The notes: a model not told the origin generated them from the letters alone. Numbered from the stretch's first letter, positions 8,276-16,514 are shown. The stretch is 26,883 nt of DNA from Gemmatimonadales bacterium (GCA_038223815.1 JBBRGR010000001.1:1-26883); one strand, 5' to 3'. Translations and numbers: made by a program.

Positions 8276-9594
8276 TCCTCCCGTCACGGCGCTGGTTCCT
8301 CGTGGCCGGCGGACTCGCCGCGCTCGCCCCGCTCACCCTCTGGTGGCCGGCGGCGGGGACGCTCTGGTTGACGCTCGATCTCGGGTGGATTCTCGCCTTC
8401 CTGCTCGATGCGCGCGACGCCGCCGCCCTGCCCCTCGCGGAGTGGCCGGTGTCCCGGGACGCTCCGCCGGCGTTCTCTGTGGGACGCGTGTTGCCGGTGA
8501 GCTATCAGTGGACCAACCCCCTGCCACGGCGAGTGGAGCTCCGCGTGCGCGAGGCGCTCCCTGCCCCACTCGATTGGCCCGCGGGGCACGAGCGCGCGGT
8601 GCAACTCGACGCACACGGCGCCTGGCGCGAGGAGATCCCGTTCACGCCCGCGCGGCGTGGCAAAGCCACTGCCGGCGATCTGCACCTCCGCGGTCTTGGC
8701 CGATGGGGCCTGGCTTGGCGTCAGGCCAGGCGACCGTTGCCCTGGACCGTCACGGTCTATCCGAGCCTGCGGCACGCCGCGATCCGGGCGCTCCCAACGC
8801 AGGCCCAGCGACGCCGGGAAGCCGGGCAGCGCACCGTCCGCCGCCTCGGCGAGGGGCGGGTCTTCGAGAGTCTCCAGGAGTGGGTCCCCGGTGAGGAGAC
8901 GCGCTCGATCGATTGGAAGGCGACGGCGCGCCGCGGCAAGTTGATGGTGCGGCGCTACGAGGATGAGCGGCGACAGCAGGTGATGATGGTGATTGACGCC
9001 GGACGCCTGCTCACGGCCGAGAGTGAGGGGCGGCCGCGCCTGGAGGCCGCGATCGACGCAGCGCTGGAGCTGGCGCACAGTGCCGTCCTGCACGATGACA
9101 ACATCGGTCTCTTCGTCTTCGCTGACCAGGTGATGCGCTACATCCCGCCCGCGCGAGGGCGCCGGGCGCTGCGGCAAGTCCTCGACGCCCTCGCCACGAT
9201 CGAGGGCCGCATGGTGGAGCCTGACTATCCGGCGGCGTTCGCTTACCTGGCCGCACGCAACCGCAAGCGTGGGCTCACCGTGTTCTTCACCGATGTGGTG
9301 GACCGGACGGCGAGCGATGCAGTGGTGTCCCAGGCCGGCTCGCTGCGCCCACGCCACCTCCCGCTGGCCGTCACCCTGCGCGACACCGCGATGGAGCGGA
9401 CCGCCACGCGCCACACCGTTCGGGTCGAGGAGGCCTTCGAGCGCGCCGCCGCCGAGGAATTGCTGGAGGCGCGCGATGGGGCACTCGCCGAGCTGCGTGC
9501 CCATGGGGTGCTGGTGCTCGACGTGCTCCCCGAGAACGCGGCGAAGATGGTCGTGGAACAGTACGACATGCTCAAGCGGCGGGCGATGGTGTAG
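8272..9594 (+). CDS. DUF58 domain protein (vWA-like MoxR partner, 440 aa)
   Basis: FESLQEWVPGEETRSIDWKATARRGKLMVRRYEDER and VMMVIDAGRL are DUF58 hallmarks; GTGA overlap with the MoxR stop. Confidence 0.92.
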   Translation: MILPSRRWFLVAGGLAALAPLTLWWPAAGTLWLTLDLGWILAFLLDARDAAALPLAEWPVSRDAPPAFSVGRVLPVSYQWTNPLPRRVELRVREALPAPLDWPAGHERAVQLDAHGAWREEIPFTPARRGKATAGDLHLRGLGRWGLAWRQARRPLPWTVTVYPSLRHAAIRALPTQAQRRREAGQRTVRRLGEGRVFESLQEWVPGEETRSIDWKATARRGKLMVRRYEDERRQQVMMVIDAGRLLTAESEGRPRLEAAIDAALELAHSAVLHDDNIGLFVFADQVMRYIPPARGRRALRQVLDALATIEGRMVEPDYPAAFAYLAARNRKRGLTVFFTDVVDRTASDAVVSQAGSLRPRHLPLAVTLRDTAMERTATRHTVRVEEAFERAAAEELLEARDGALAELRAHGVLVLDVLPENAAKMVVEQYDMLKRRAMV

Positions 9595-9708
9595 GGGCGA
9601 CGCATGCGTCGCCCTGCACGCACCAGGCCCCGTCGTCACGGGCGACCCATGCGTCGCCCTGCACGCACCAGGCCCCGTCGTCACGGGCGACGCATGCGTC
9701 GCCCCTAC
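9591..9708. repeat. Composite REP/BIME-like element: GTAG + palindrome - 25-bp linker - palindrome - identical linker - palindrome + CTAC (45-bp period)
   Basis: GGGCGACGCATGCGTCGCCC at 9595-9614 and 9685-9704, one-mismatch copy at 9640-9659; linker TGCACGCACCAGGCCCCGTCGTCAC twice. Confidence 0.95.
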
Positions 9709-11060
9709 TTCCCGATGCAGAACCCCGCAAACACCCGATCGAAGACCTCCTCGCCGTCCACCACCCCGATCAACCCCTCAAGTGCCGCGACCGACGCCTG
9801 CAACTGATGCGCCGCCAGCACGACCTCCCCTGCCCCGAGCTCCGTCACCGCCGCGTCCAGCGCAGTCAGCGCGCCCTCAATCGCCACCCGGTGCCGAGCC
9901 CTGGTCAGGACCGCCTCGTCCCCGCCGCCAGCCATGACCCCAGCGAAGAGTCTGTTCGCCAGCTGCTGCCGGAGCTCGGCGACGCCCTCCCCGGTGTGGG
10001 CGGAGATGGAGAAGTATGAATCGCTACTCATACCATGACCTAACTTCTGATCAGACTTGGTCAACAGTCGAATCACTCGCACAGTATCCATAAGTGAGTA
10101 GTCGTTTATTTTTGCGTATTCCAGTAAGTCGTTACAGTACAGGATGATATCCGCTGTCTCCAGGTACCGCTTGGCAACCTGCACCCCCATGGATTCAATG
10201 CGGTCGTCGCTGTTACGGAGTCCCGCAGTATCAACTAATCGAACCGGCCAACCGAGGACGGTTGTCTCCGCCTCGATGGCGTCGCGGGTGGTGCCTGGGA
10301 TCTCGGTCACCAGGGCGCGCTCCTGTCCGAGCAGCGCGTTGAAAAGCGAGGACTTGCCGGCATTCGGGGGTCCGGCGAGCACCACCAGAGCACCGCGACG
10401 CACCCGTTCGCCATCCCGCGAGGTCGCCAGCAACCGCTGCAACTCGGCCCGGATTGCGTCGAGGGCGCCGAGCGGTCGCTCCAGGGGGATCGGCCCGTCA
10501 TCCTCGTCGGGAAAGTCGATCGCGTAGGCCAGCAGAGCCTGCGCCTGCAGGACCCCCTCGCGGAGCGCGGCGATTTGGCGCGAGAGCCCGCCATCGAGCT
10601 GATGGAGCGCGACCCGCGCCTGCCCCGGGGCAGTGGCGGCGATCAGGTCGCCGACGGCCTCCGCTTGCAGCAGGTCAAGCTTCCCGTTCAGCACCGCCCG
10701 GCGGGTGAACTCCCCCGGCGCCGCCAGCTGCGCCCCCGCCGCCAGAATGGCCGCCACCACCTCGCTCGACACCAGCGCACCGCCATGCACTGAGAACTCC
10801 ACCGTGTCCTCGCCGGTGAACGAGTGCGGGGCAGGGAAGCAGGTCACCAGCGCCTGGTCCAGCGGCACGCGATCCGGGCCGACCAGCACCACCAGTTGCG
10901 CCACGCGGGCACGAAGGACCACGAGGCCTGACGCGAGGCGCTGGGCCACGGCGAAGGCCTCCGGCCCCGCCACGCGCACAATGGCGATGGCCCCGAGGCC
11001 GGGCGGGGTGGCGAGCGCGACGATAGTCGTGAGTCGTTGGTCGTTGGTCGGTAGAGGCAT
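9705..11060 (-). CDS. mnmE: tRNA modification GTPase MnmE/TrmE (451 aa)
   Basis: TIVALATPPGLGAIAIVRVAG, PHSFTGEDTVEFSVHGG, APGEFTRRAVLNGKLDL, G1 GPPNAGKSSLFN, G2 IPGTTRD, G3 DTAG, C-terminal FAGFCIGK. Start inferred at ATG 11060. Confidence 0.97.
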   Translation of the reverse strand: MPLPTNDQRLTTIVALATPPGLGAIAIVRVAGPEAFAVAQRLASGLVVLRARVAQLVVLVGPDRVPLDQALVTCFPAPHSFTGEDTVEFSVHGGALVSSEVVAAILAAGAQLAAPGEFTRRAVLNGKLDLLQAEAVGDLIAATAPGQARVALHQLDGGLSRQIAALREGVLQAQALLAYAIDFPDEDDGPIPLERPLGALDAIRAELQRLLATSRDGERVRRGALVVLAGPPNAGKSSLFNALLGQERALVTEIPGTTRDAIEAETTVLGWPVRLVDTAGLRNSDDRIESMGVQVAKRYLETADIILYCNDLLEYAKINDYSLMDTVRVIRLLTKSDQKLGHGMSSDSYFSISAHTGEGVAELRQQLANRLFAGVMAGGGDEAVLTRARHRVAIEGALTALDAAVTELGAGEVVLAAHQLQASVAALEGLIGVVDGEEVFDRVFAGFCIGK

Positions 11061-11074
11061 CCGGTAAAAGGTAA

Positions 11075-11113
11075 GAGGTGAGACGCGTGCCCACGCGGGC
11101 CACGTCTCACCTC
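11075..11113 (-). terminator. Hairpin between yidC and mnmE followed by TTACCTTTT on the minus strand (possible intrinsic terminator)
   Basis: 11-bp arms GAGGTGAGACG (11075-11085) / CGTCTCACCTC (11103-11113), with an inner GCCC/GGGC stem. Confidence 0.5.
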
Positions 11114-11141
11114 CAACGACGAACGACGACCACCTCACGAC

Positions 11142-12860
11142 TCATTTCTTCTTCGTCTTCACCTCAACGGCCGGTGCCGCCTTCGGCACCAACTTCTTCC
11201 GCTCCTGCATGATCAGCCACTGCTGCGGCAGCGACACGATGTTCTGCACGGCGTAGTACAGATTCAGGCCGGCGGCGAACTTGAAGAAGAACACCAGCAT
11301 CATCACCGGCATCAGATACGCCATCATCTTGGTCTGCGGATTCGGCGGCATCCCCATCATGCCGATCTTCGAGACGGCAAACATCGAGACCGCCATGATC
11401 ACCGGGATGATGTAGAGCGGATCAAAGCGTGCGAGGTCATTCATCCAGAGGAACGGGACACCGCGCAATTCGATCGTGTTGGCGAGCACGAAGAAGACCG
11501 CCACCAGCAATGGGTAGGGCAGCAGCATGGGCCAGCAGCCGCCCAGGGGGTTGACCTTGTTCTCCTTGTAGAGCTTGAACATCTCCTGCTGCAGCCGCTG
11601 CGGATCTTCCTTGTAGCGCGCCTGGAGTGCCTGAAGTTGCGGCTGGATCGCCTGCATGGCAGTCATCGACCGCATCGCCTTCTGGTTGAGCGGCCAGAGG
11701 AGAACGCGGACCAGCACGCCGAAGAGGACGATCACCCAGCCGTAGCCCACATTGAGCGTCTCGTGCATCCAGACGAAGACCGTCCGGATCGCCACGGCGA
11801 ACGGCCGGATGACGGTGCGGAAACCGGGCCAGCCGTAGGGATTCACATCGTCGAAGTCGTGCCCCATCGCGGTGAGGCGGTCGTACTCCATCGGGCCGAG
11901 AAAGACCGTCCACCCGAAGGTGCCGCTCGCTGGCACGACCAGTGACGCCGCGACCTCGGCGCGGAGCGGATTCTCTCCCGCTTCGGGGTGCGCCGTCGCC
12001 CGGACGCCGCCAAGGAGCCCTCGCGCGCCGGCGGTGGCGCTCGAGTCGTAGGCGAAGAGTCCGGCCACGAAGTACTTCGACTTGACCGCCACCCACTCGT
12101 ACGGGCCGGAGAGGATGGTGGACTGGTTCGGATCGAGCGACGAGAAGCGGGTCAACTCCGTGCCGTCGAGCTTGGTGACAACCCCGCTCTCGCGGTGATT
12201 CTCCACCGTGTCGGATTCGGTGTCGCGAAACCCTTCGCCGAGGCCGATCAGCAGCGTCGCGCCATTGCGGAGTCCGCGGACGACGCCCTCCACGCGGAAG
12301 TGGTAGTCATCCGGGACGAAGCTGTAGGTCAGCTCGATCGCATACGGGCCCGAAATGCCGGTGAGGGTCAGGACTTCGGGACCATTGATGACGCCGAGGG
12401 AATCCGCGGAGGGTGTGAACGCCACCCGATCGAGCCGGATCGTGTCGCCGCCGACCACGAGGCGATTGGCGAGTAGCGGTGCCTCAGGGCGGATCAGCTC
12501 GATGGTGTCGCGCTCCCCCGAGGCGAGCGTGTCGCCAGGGTGCATCGCCGGATAGCGCAGGAAGCGCGACGAGACGATCCGCCCGCCAACGCTCGAGATG
12601 CCATAGCGGTACAGGGGCGAGCGGACCGCGATGACCTGCTCCGGGATCGCAGACGCCGCCACCACCAGCGCGGCGCTGTCGAGGGCTCCCGCCACCGGTG
12701 CGGCCAGCGCGGGTGCCGGGGCCGCGGGCTGCGGCACCTGCTCGGCGGGTGTCCGCGAGTCGGTGACCACCCCTGGCGGAACTGGCTTCTTCCAGAACAT
12801 CGGTGCCACGGAGATCAGCAGAATCAACGCGATCGCGATCAACGGCCGACGATCGTTCAC
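11142..12860 (-). CDS. yidC: Membrane protein insertase YidC (572 aa)
   Basis: N-terminal TM, large periplasmic domain, GYGWVIVLFGVLVRVLLWPL, AMQAIQPQLQALQARYKED, MFKLYKENKVNPLGGCWP, DPLYIIPVIM, AGLNLYY. Start GTG 12860 (TTG 12866 is an alternative). Confidence 0.96.
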   Translation of the reverse strand: MNDRRPLIAIALILLISVAPMFWKKPVPPGVVTDSRTPAEQVPQPAAPAPALAAPVAGALDSAALVVAASAIPEQVIAVRSPLYRYGISSVGGRIVSSRFLRYPAMHPGDTLASGERDTIELIRPEAPLLANRLVVGGDTIRLDRVAFTPSADSLGVINGPEVLTLTGISGPYAIELTYSFVPDDYHFRVEGVVRGLRNGATLLIGLGEGFRDTESDTVENHRESGVVTKLDGTELTRFSSLDPNQSTILSGPYEWVAVKSKYFVAGLFAYDSSATAGARGLLGGVRATAHPEAGENPLRAEVAASLVVPASGTFGWTVFLGPMEYDRLTAMGHDFDDVNPYGWPGFRTVIRPFAVAIRTVFVWMHETLNVGYGWVIVLFGVLVRVLLWPLNQKAMRSMTAMQAIQPQLQALQARYKEDPQRLQQEMFKLYKENKVNPLGGCWPMLLPYPLLVAVFFVLANTIELRGVPFLWMNDLARFDPLYIIPVIMAVSMFAVSKIGMMGMPPNPQTKMMAYLMPVMMLVFFFKFAAGLNLYYAVQNIVSLPQQWLIMQERKKLVPKAAPAVEVKTKKK

Positions 12861-12875
12861 GAGCAACTCACAGGG

Positions 12876-13136
12876 TCAGGGAACCGGATCGTATCCACCC
12901 GGATGCCAAGGGTGGCAGCGGGCGATCCGTTGAAGTGCCATCCAGCCGCCACGCACGGCCCCGTGGCGGCGCACCGCCTCAAGGCCATACTGGGAGCAGG
13001 AGGGCGAGAACCGGCACGCCGGTGGCAACGCCGGCGAAATGAAACGCTGATAGCCGCGAATGAGGAGGGCGAGGGCACGGGCTGGACCAGACGGGATTGG
13101 GACACCGGACGTTTCAGGGGGGCGCGAGGCGCTCAC
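12876..13136 (-). CDS. yidD: Membrane protein insertion efficiency factor YidD
   Basis: [10 protein letters not shown]...[19 protein letters not shown]...[17 protein letters not shown]. Confidence 0.96.
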   Translation of the reverse strand: MSASRPPETSGVPIPSGPARALALLIRGYQRFISPALPPACRFSPSCSQYGLEAVRRHGAVRGGWMALQRIARCHPWHPGGYDPVP

Positions 13137-13480
13137 GCGACCGCCGCATCGCGCCAGGCGAGCAGCTCCACCCGAAGGGCGTCAAAACTGGCGGCATAGA
13201 CCTCCGGACGCGCCCGGATGACCACATCCAGGGCAGGGAGGGAGGACTGAAGCTCACGCCGCCACAGCTCCTTCAACCACCGTCGGACACGATTGCGGGC
13301 CACCGCGTTCTGCCGGAACTTCGGAGTAACAAGTCCGAGACGCGAATGGCCCGTGGCACCGGCCGTCCAGATGATATCCACCGCGAGGTGGCGGCTCCGA
13401 CGGCCGACCCGGAGGACCCGGCGGACGTCGTCACTGCGGACCAGCCGGCGCGAGCGCGGAAAGCGCTCGTCGCCGGTCAG
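13133..13480 (-). CDS. rnpA: Ribonuclease P protein component (~115 aa)
   Basis: [31 protein letters not shown] (RNR motif), LDVVIRAR. Start uncertain; placed at CTG 13480 overlapping the rpmH stop. Confidence 0.92.
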   Translation of the reverse strand: MTGDERFPRSRRLVRSDDVRRVLRVGRRSRHLAVDIIWTAGATGHSRLGLVTPKFRQNAVARNRVRRWLKELWRRELQSSLPALDVVIRARPEVYAASFDALRVELLAWRDAAVA

Positions 13481-13638
13481 ACGCGGGCGTGCTTCGAGCC
13501 GATGGACACGGTCAGCTGCTTCCGGCCCTTCTTGCGACGGCGCGACAGGACGGCACGACCCCAGCGGTCTTCCATCCGGTTGCGGAACCCGTGCTTGGCC
13601 ACGCGACGCTTGTTGCGGGGCCGGTACGTTGGCATCAT
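13477..13638 (-). CDS. rpmH: 50S ribosomal protein L34 (53 aa)
   Basis: Hand translation [53 protein letters not shown]; SD GGAAGGAG upstream. Not in the ORF track. Confidence 0.97.
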   Translation of the reverse strand: MMPTYRPRNKRRVAKHGFRNRMEDRWGRAVLSRRRKKGRKQLTVSIGSKHARV

Positions 13639-13668
13639 GGCAGAACTCTCCTTCCAAGGTAGCCGAGC

Positions 13669-13697
13669 AACCTACCGCGCCGCCCACCGGAATTCAA
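13669..13697 (-). promoter_or_regulatory. sigma70-type promoter for the rpmH operon
   Basis: Minus strand TTGAAT-N17-TAGGTT. Confidence 0.7.
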
Positions 13698-13702
13698 GGG
13701 GT

Positions 13703-13731
13703 TTGACTTTTCCACATTCGGGACCTAGAAT
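13703..13731 (+). promoter_or_regulatory. sigma70-type dnaA promoter with an embedded DnaA box
   Basis: TTGACT(13703-13708)-N17-TAGAAT(13726-13731). TTTTCCACA at 13708-13716 matches the DnaA-box consensus TTWTNCACA. Confidence 0.8.
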
Positions 13732-13780
13732 CGGCCTCCCTTGAGTACTGCCATACCCTGCTTCCCGTCATAAGAGCCTG

Positions 13781-15172
13781 ATGCCGCTGTCCGCCAAAGA
13801 TCTCTGGAAGCGTGTCCTCGAGGGCGCCAAGCGCGCTATCCCCGAGCCCATGATCCAGACCTGGTTGTCCTCGAACGAGCCCCTCTCGTTCGAAGGCGGC
13901 ACGCTGACGGTGAGCACGCCCGACGACTTCGCCAAGCGCTGGAACGAAGAGAAGTACGCGGCGACGTTGACGCAGGTCGCGACCGAGGGTGCTGGGGAGC
14001 CGGTGACGGTGGTCTTTCAGGTCGCGGCCGAGCGGCAGAAGCGCCCGCAGATGGATCTCTTCGTCCCCCTGGCCCCAGCGGATCCTGCCGCCGTGCCGCC
14101 GACGCCGGTGAATCCGAGCGCCCAGCCGCTCAACGGCCGCTACACCTTCGGCCACTTCGTGATCGGCAAGTCGAACGAACTGGCCGCCGCCGCCGCCCAC
14201 GCGGTCGCCGAGGCCCCGGGGAGGCAGTACAATCCGTTCTTCATCTACGGCCCGACCGGCCTCGGCAAGACCCACCTCATGCAGGCGATCGCGCACGAGG
14301 TGCTCTCCCGCGCCCCGAACACGCGGGTGCTCTACATCGGCGCCGAGCAGTTCATCAACGAGGTGATCGAAGGGATCCACGGTCGCACGATGCCCGACCT
14401 CCGTCGGCGCTATCGGAGCGACGTCGATCTCTTCATCGTCGACGACGTCCACTTCCTCGAAGGGAAGGAAGCGACCCAGGAAGAGTTCTTCCACACCTTC
14501 AATGCGCTCTACGAGGCCGGCAAGCAGATCGTGCTGACCTCGGATCGGTTGCCGAAGGAGATCCCCGGGCTCGAGGCGCGGCTGGTGTCGCGCTTCGAGT
14601 GGGGCATGGTCGCCGACGTCAAGCAGCCAGACCTCGAGCACCGGATCGCCATCCTGCGGAAGAAGCAGGAGCAGGATCACCTCGAGACGACGATCCCCGA
14701 CGACGTGCTCCGCTTCATTGCCGAGAATGTCCGGTCGAATGTGCGCGAGCTCGAAGGCTGCATCATCAAGCTGCTGCTGTACGCGTCGCTGCGGCATCGG
14801 GAGATCTCGATCGACCTCGCCCGCGAGGCGCTGTCGGACAAGATGCGCCCGGGCGACGAAGCCGAGGCCCGGCAGAAGGCGTTGCCGTCGATCGAGAAGG
14901 TCCAGGAGGTCGTCGCGCGCCGCTGGGGGGTCACCCCGGAGGGGCTCCGCTCCAAGGCGCGGATCAAGACGCTGACCGTCCCGCGGCAGATCGCCATGTT
15001 CCTCGCCCGCGAGCTCCTGCAGATGCAGTTGGTCGAAATCGGCCAGGCCTTCGGCGGCCGCGACCACTCGACCGTGATCCATTCGGTGGACAAGGTGCAG
15101 ACCCAGCTCCAGCGCGACCGCGACTTCAGAACCCGCGTGGACTCTGCCCGGCAGGAGTTGTTGACAGTCTGA
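13781..15172 (+). CDS. dnaA: Chromosomal replication initiator DnaA (463 aa)
   Basis: YTFGHFVIGKSN, YNPFFIYGPTGLGKTHL, Walker B FIVDDVHFL, TQEEFFHTFN, RSNVRELEG, PRQIAMFL, GGRDHSTVIHS. Confidence 0.99.
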   Translation: MPLSAKDLWKRVLEGAKRAIPEPMIQTWLSSNEPLSFEGGTLTVSTPDDFAKRWNEEKYAATLTQVATEGAGEPVTVVFQVAAERQKRPQMDLFVPLAPADPAAVPPTPVNPSAQPLNGRYTFGHFVIGKSNELAAAAAHAVAEAPGRQYNPFFIYGPTGLGKTHLMQAIAHEVLSRAPNTRVLYIGAEQFINEVIEGIHGRTMPDLRRRYRSDVDLFIVDDVHFLEGKEATQEEFFHTFNALYEAGKQIVLTSDRLPKEIPGLEARLVSRFEWGMVADVKQPDLEHRIAILRKKQEQDHLETTIPDDVLRFIAENVRSNVRELEGCIIKLLLYASLRHREISIDLAREALSDKMRPGDEAEARQKALPSIEKVQEVVARRWGVTPEGLRSKARIKTLTVPRQIAMFLARELLQMQLVEIGQAFGGRDHSTVIHSVDKVQTQLQRDRDFRTRVDSARQELLTV

Positions 15173-15401
15173 TCACAATGTTTGCGATGGCGCGGGCAGC
15201 TCGTGGGGAAGTGTGGGAGCGCGTGGGGAACCGGGGGAGCTATCCCCGCTCGTCCACGCGGCGTAAACAGGGACAATCTGTGCAGTGCAGTGTACCGGAA
15301 GCAGTTAGGGGTTTGCTGCACATTTCAGCCCCCTCTACTACTACTACTATCATATATATCTTGAAAACAGCAGTAGTTCTTGGCAACCCTGGGGATCGCC
15401 C
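15173..15401. other. Probable replication origin oriC (dnaA-dnaN intergenic region)
   Basis: GC-rich stretch CAGCCCCCT, then (CTA)5 DnaA-trios at 15335-15349 and an AT cluster TCATATATAT at 15350-15359, the layout known from Bacillus-type basal unwinding elements. Degenerate box-like 9-mers at 15202-15258 and 15314-15322. Confidence 0.8.
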
Positions 15402-16514
15402 ATGAAGTTCACCATCACGCGGGAACAGCTCTCCGAAGGCGTCAGCGCCGTGAGCGCGGCCGTGCCCTCCAAGACGACCCTCCCCGTGCTCGCCAACATC
15501 CTGCTCGAGGCCACCAAGGACGGGCTGCGACTTTCGGGTACCGACCTCGACATCGCAGTGAGCACCACGGTGCCGGCCTCGGTGGACCAGGAGGGCGCGA
15601 TCACGCTTCCTGCACGCAAGCTGCAGGAATTGGTGCGCGAACTGCCGAGTGCGGGCATCCGCTTCACGACGCAGGGCGAGCAGCGCGTCACCATCGAATG
15701 CGGCCGCTCGAAGTTCAAGCTGCTGGGTTTGCCGCGCGAGGAGTTCCCGGCCTTCCCGCAGGTGACCTTCGACGGGGCGTCGCGCACGACCGCGCGTGAC
15801 CTGCAGAAGCTCGTGGCGCACGTGGCCTTCGCCGCCTCCACCGAAGAGAGCCGACCGATCCTCAACGGCGTGCTGTGGCAGCTGACCGCCGATCGGATGC
15901 GCATGGTGGCGACCAACGGGCACCGCCTCGCCAAGATGGAAGTGCCCCTGCAGGGCGCTGCCGCGCAGCCCGCCGAGTTGATCGTGCCGCCCAAGGCGCT
16001 GGAGCAGTTCCGCAAGCTCTTCGGGGCCGACGACGAGATCGAGATCGGTCGCTCCGAGAACCACCTCGGCTTCCGTTCCGCCACGACCCAGGTGTACACC
16101 CGCCTCATCGAAGGGCCGTACCCGAATTACGAGCAGGTCATCCCCCGCGAAAACGACAAGTTCGCCACCGTGGAGAAGAGCACCCTCATCTCGGCGTTGC
16201 GCCGGATGAGCATCGTCGCCTCCGACCAGACCCACCGGATCCGGATGTCCTTCGGCGATGGCTCGTGCCGCCTCTCGGTGACCACGCCAGACCTCGGCGA
16301 GGCACAGGAGGAGATCACCGTCTCCTACGAAGGCGAACCGCTGGATATCGGCTTCAACGCGAATTACCTCCTCGAAGTGCTGAAGTACATGCCGACCGAG
16401 GAAGTGCGCCTCACCTTCAAGGCACCCGAACGCGCTGCGACGGTGGAACCGGTCGGCTGGGATGACCCTGCCGCCTATTTGACCCTGGTGATGCCGCTCC
16501 GCCTGATCGACTGA
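15402..16514 (+). CDS. dnaN: DNA polymerase III beta sliding clamp (370 aa)
   Basis: MKFTITRE, LPVLANILL, GTDLDI, RPILNGV, VATNGHRLA, RLIEGPYPNYEQVIP, IGFNANYL, LVMPLR. Confidence 0.99.
   Translation: MKFTITREQLSEGVSAVSAAVPSKTTLPVLANILLEATKDGLRLSGTDLDIAVSTTVPASVDQEGAITLPARKLQELVRELPSAGIRFTTQGEQRVTIECGRSKFKLLGLPREEFPAFPQVTFDGASRTTARDLQKLVAHVAFAASTEESRPILNGVLWQLTADRMRMVATNGHRLAKMEVPLQGAAAQPAELIVPPKALEQFRKLFGADDEIEIGRSENHLGFRSATTQVYTRLIEGPYPNYEQVIPRENDKFATVEKSTLISALRRMSIVASDQTHRIRMSFGDGSCRLSVTTPDLGEAQEEITVSYEGEPLDIGFNANYLLEVLKYMPTEEVRLTFKAPERAATVEPVGWDDPAAYLTLVMPLRLID

Noticed and set aside
9595-9704. CRISPR-like repeat-spacer pattern
   Set aside because: Only three 20-bp repeats, identical spacers and no cas genes; it is a tandem duplication of a REP unit.
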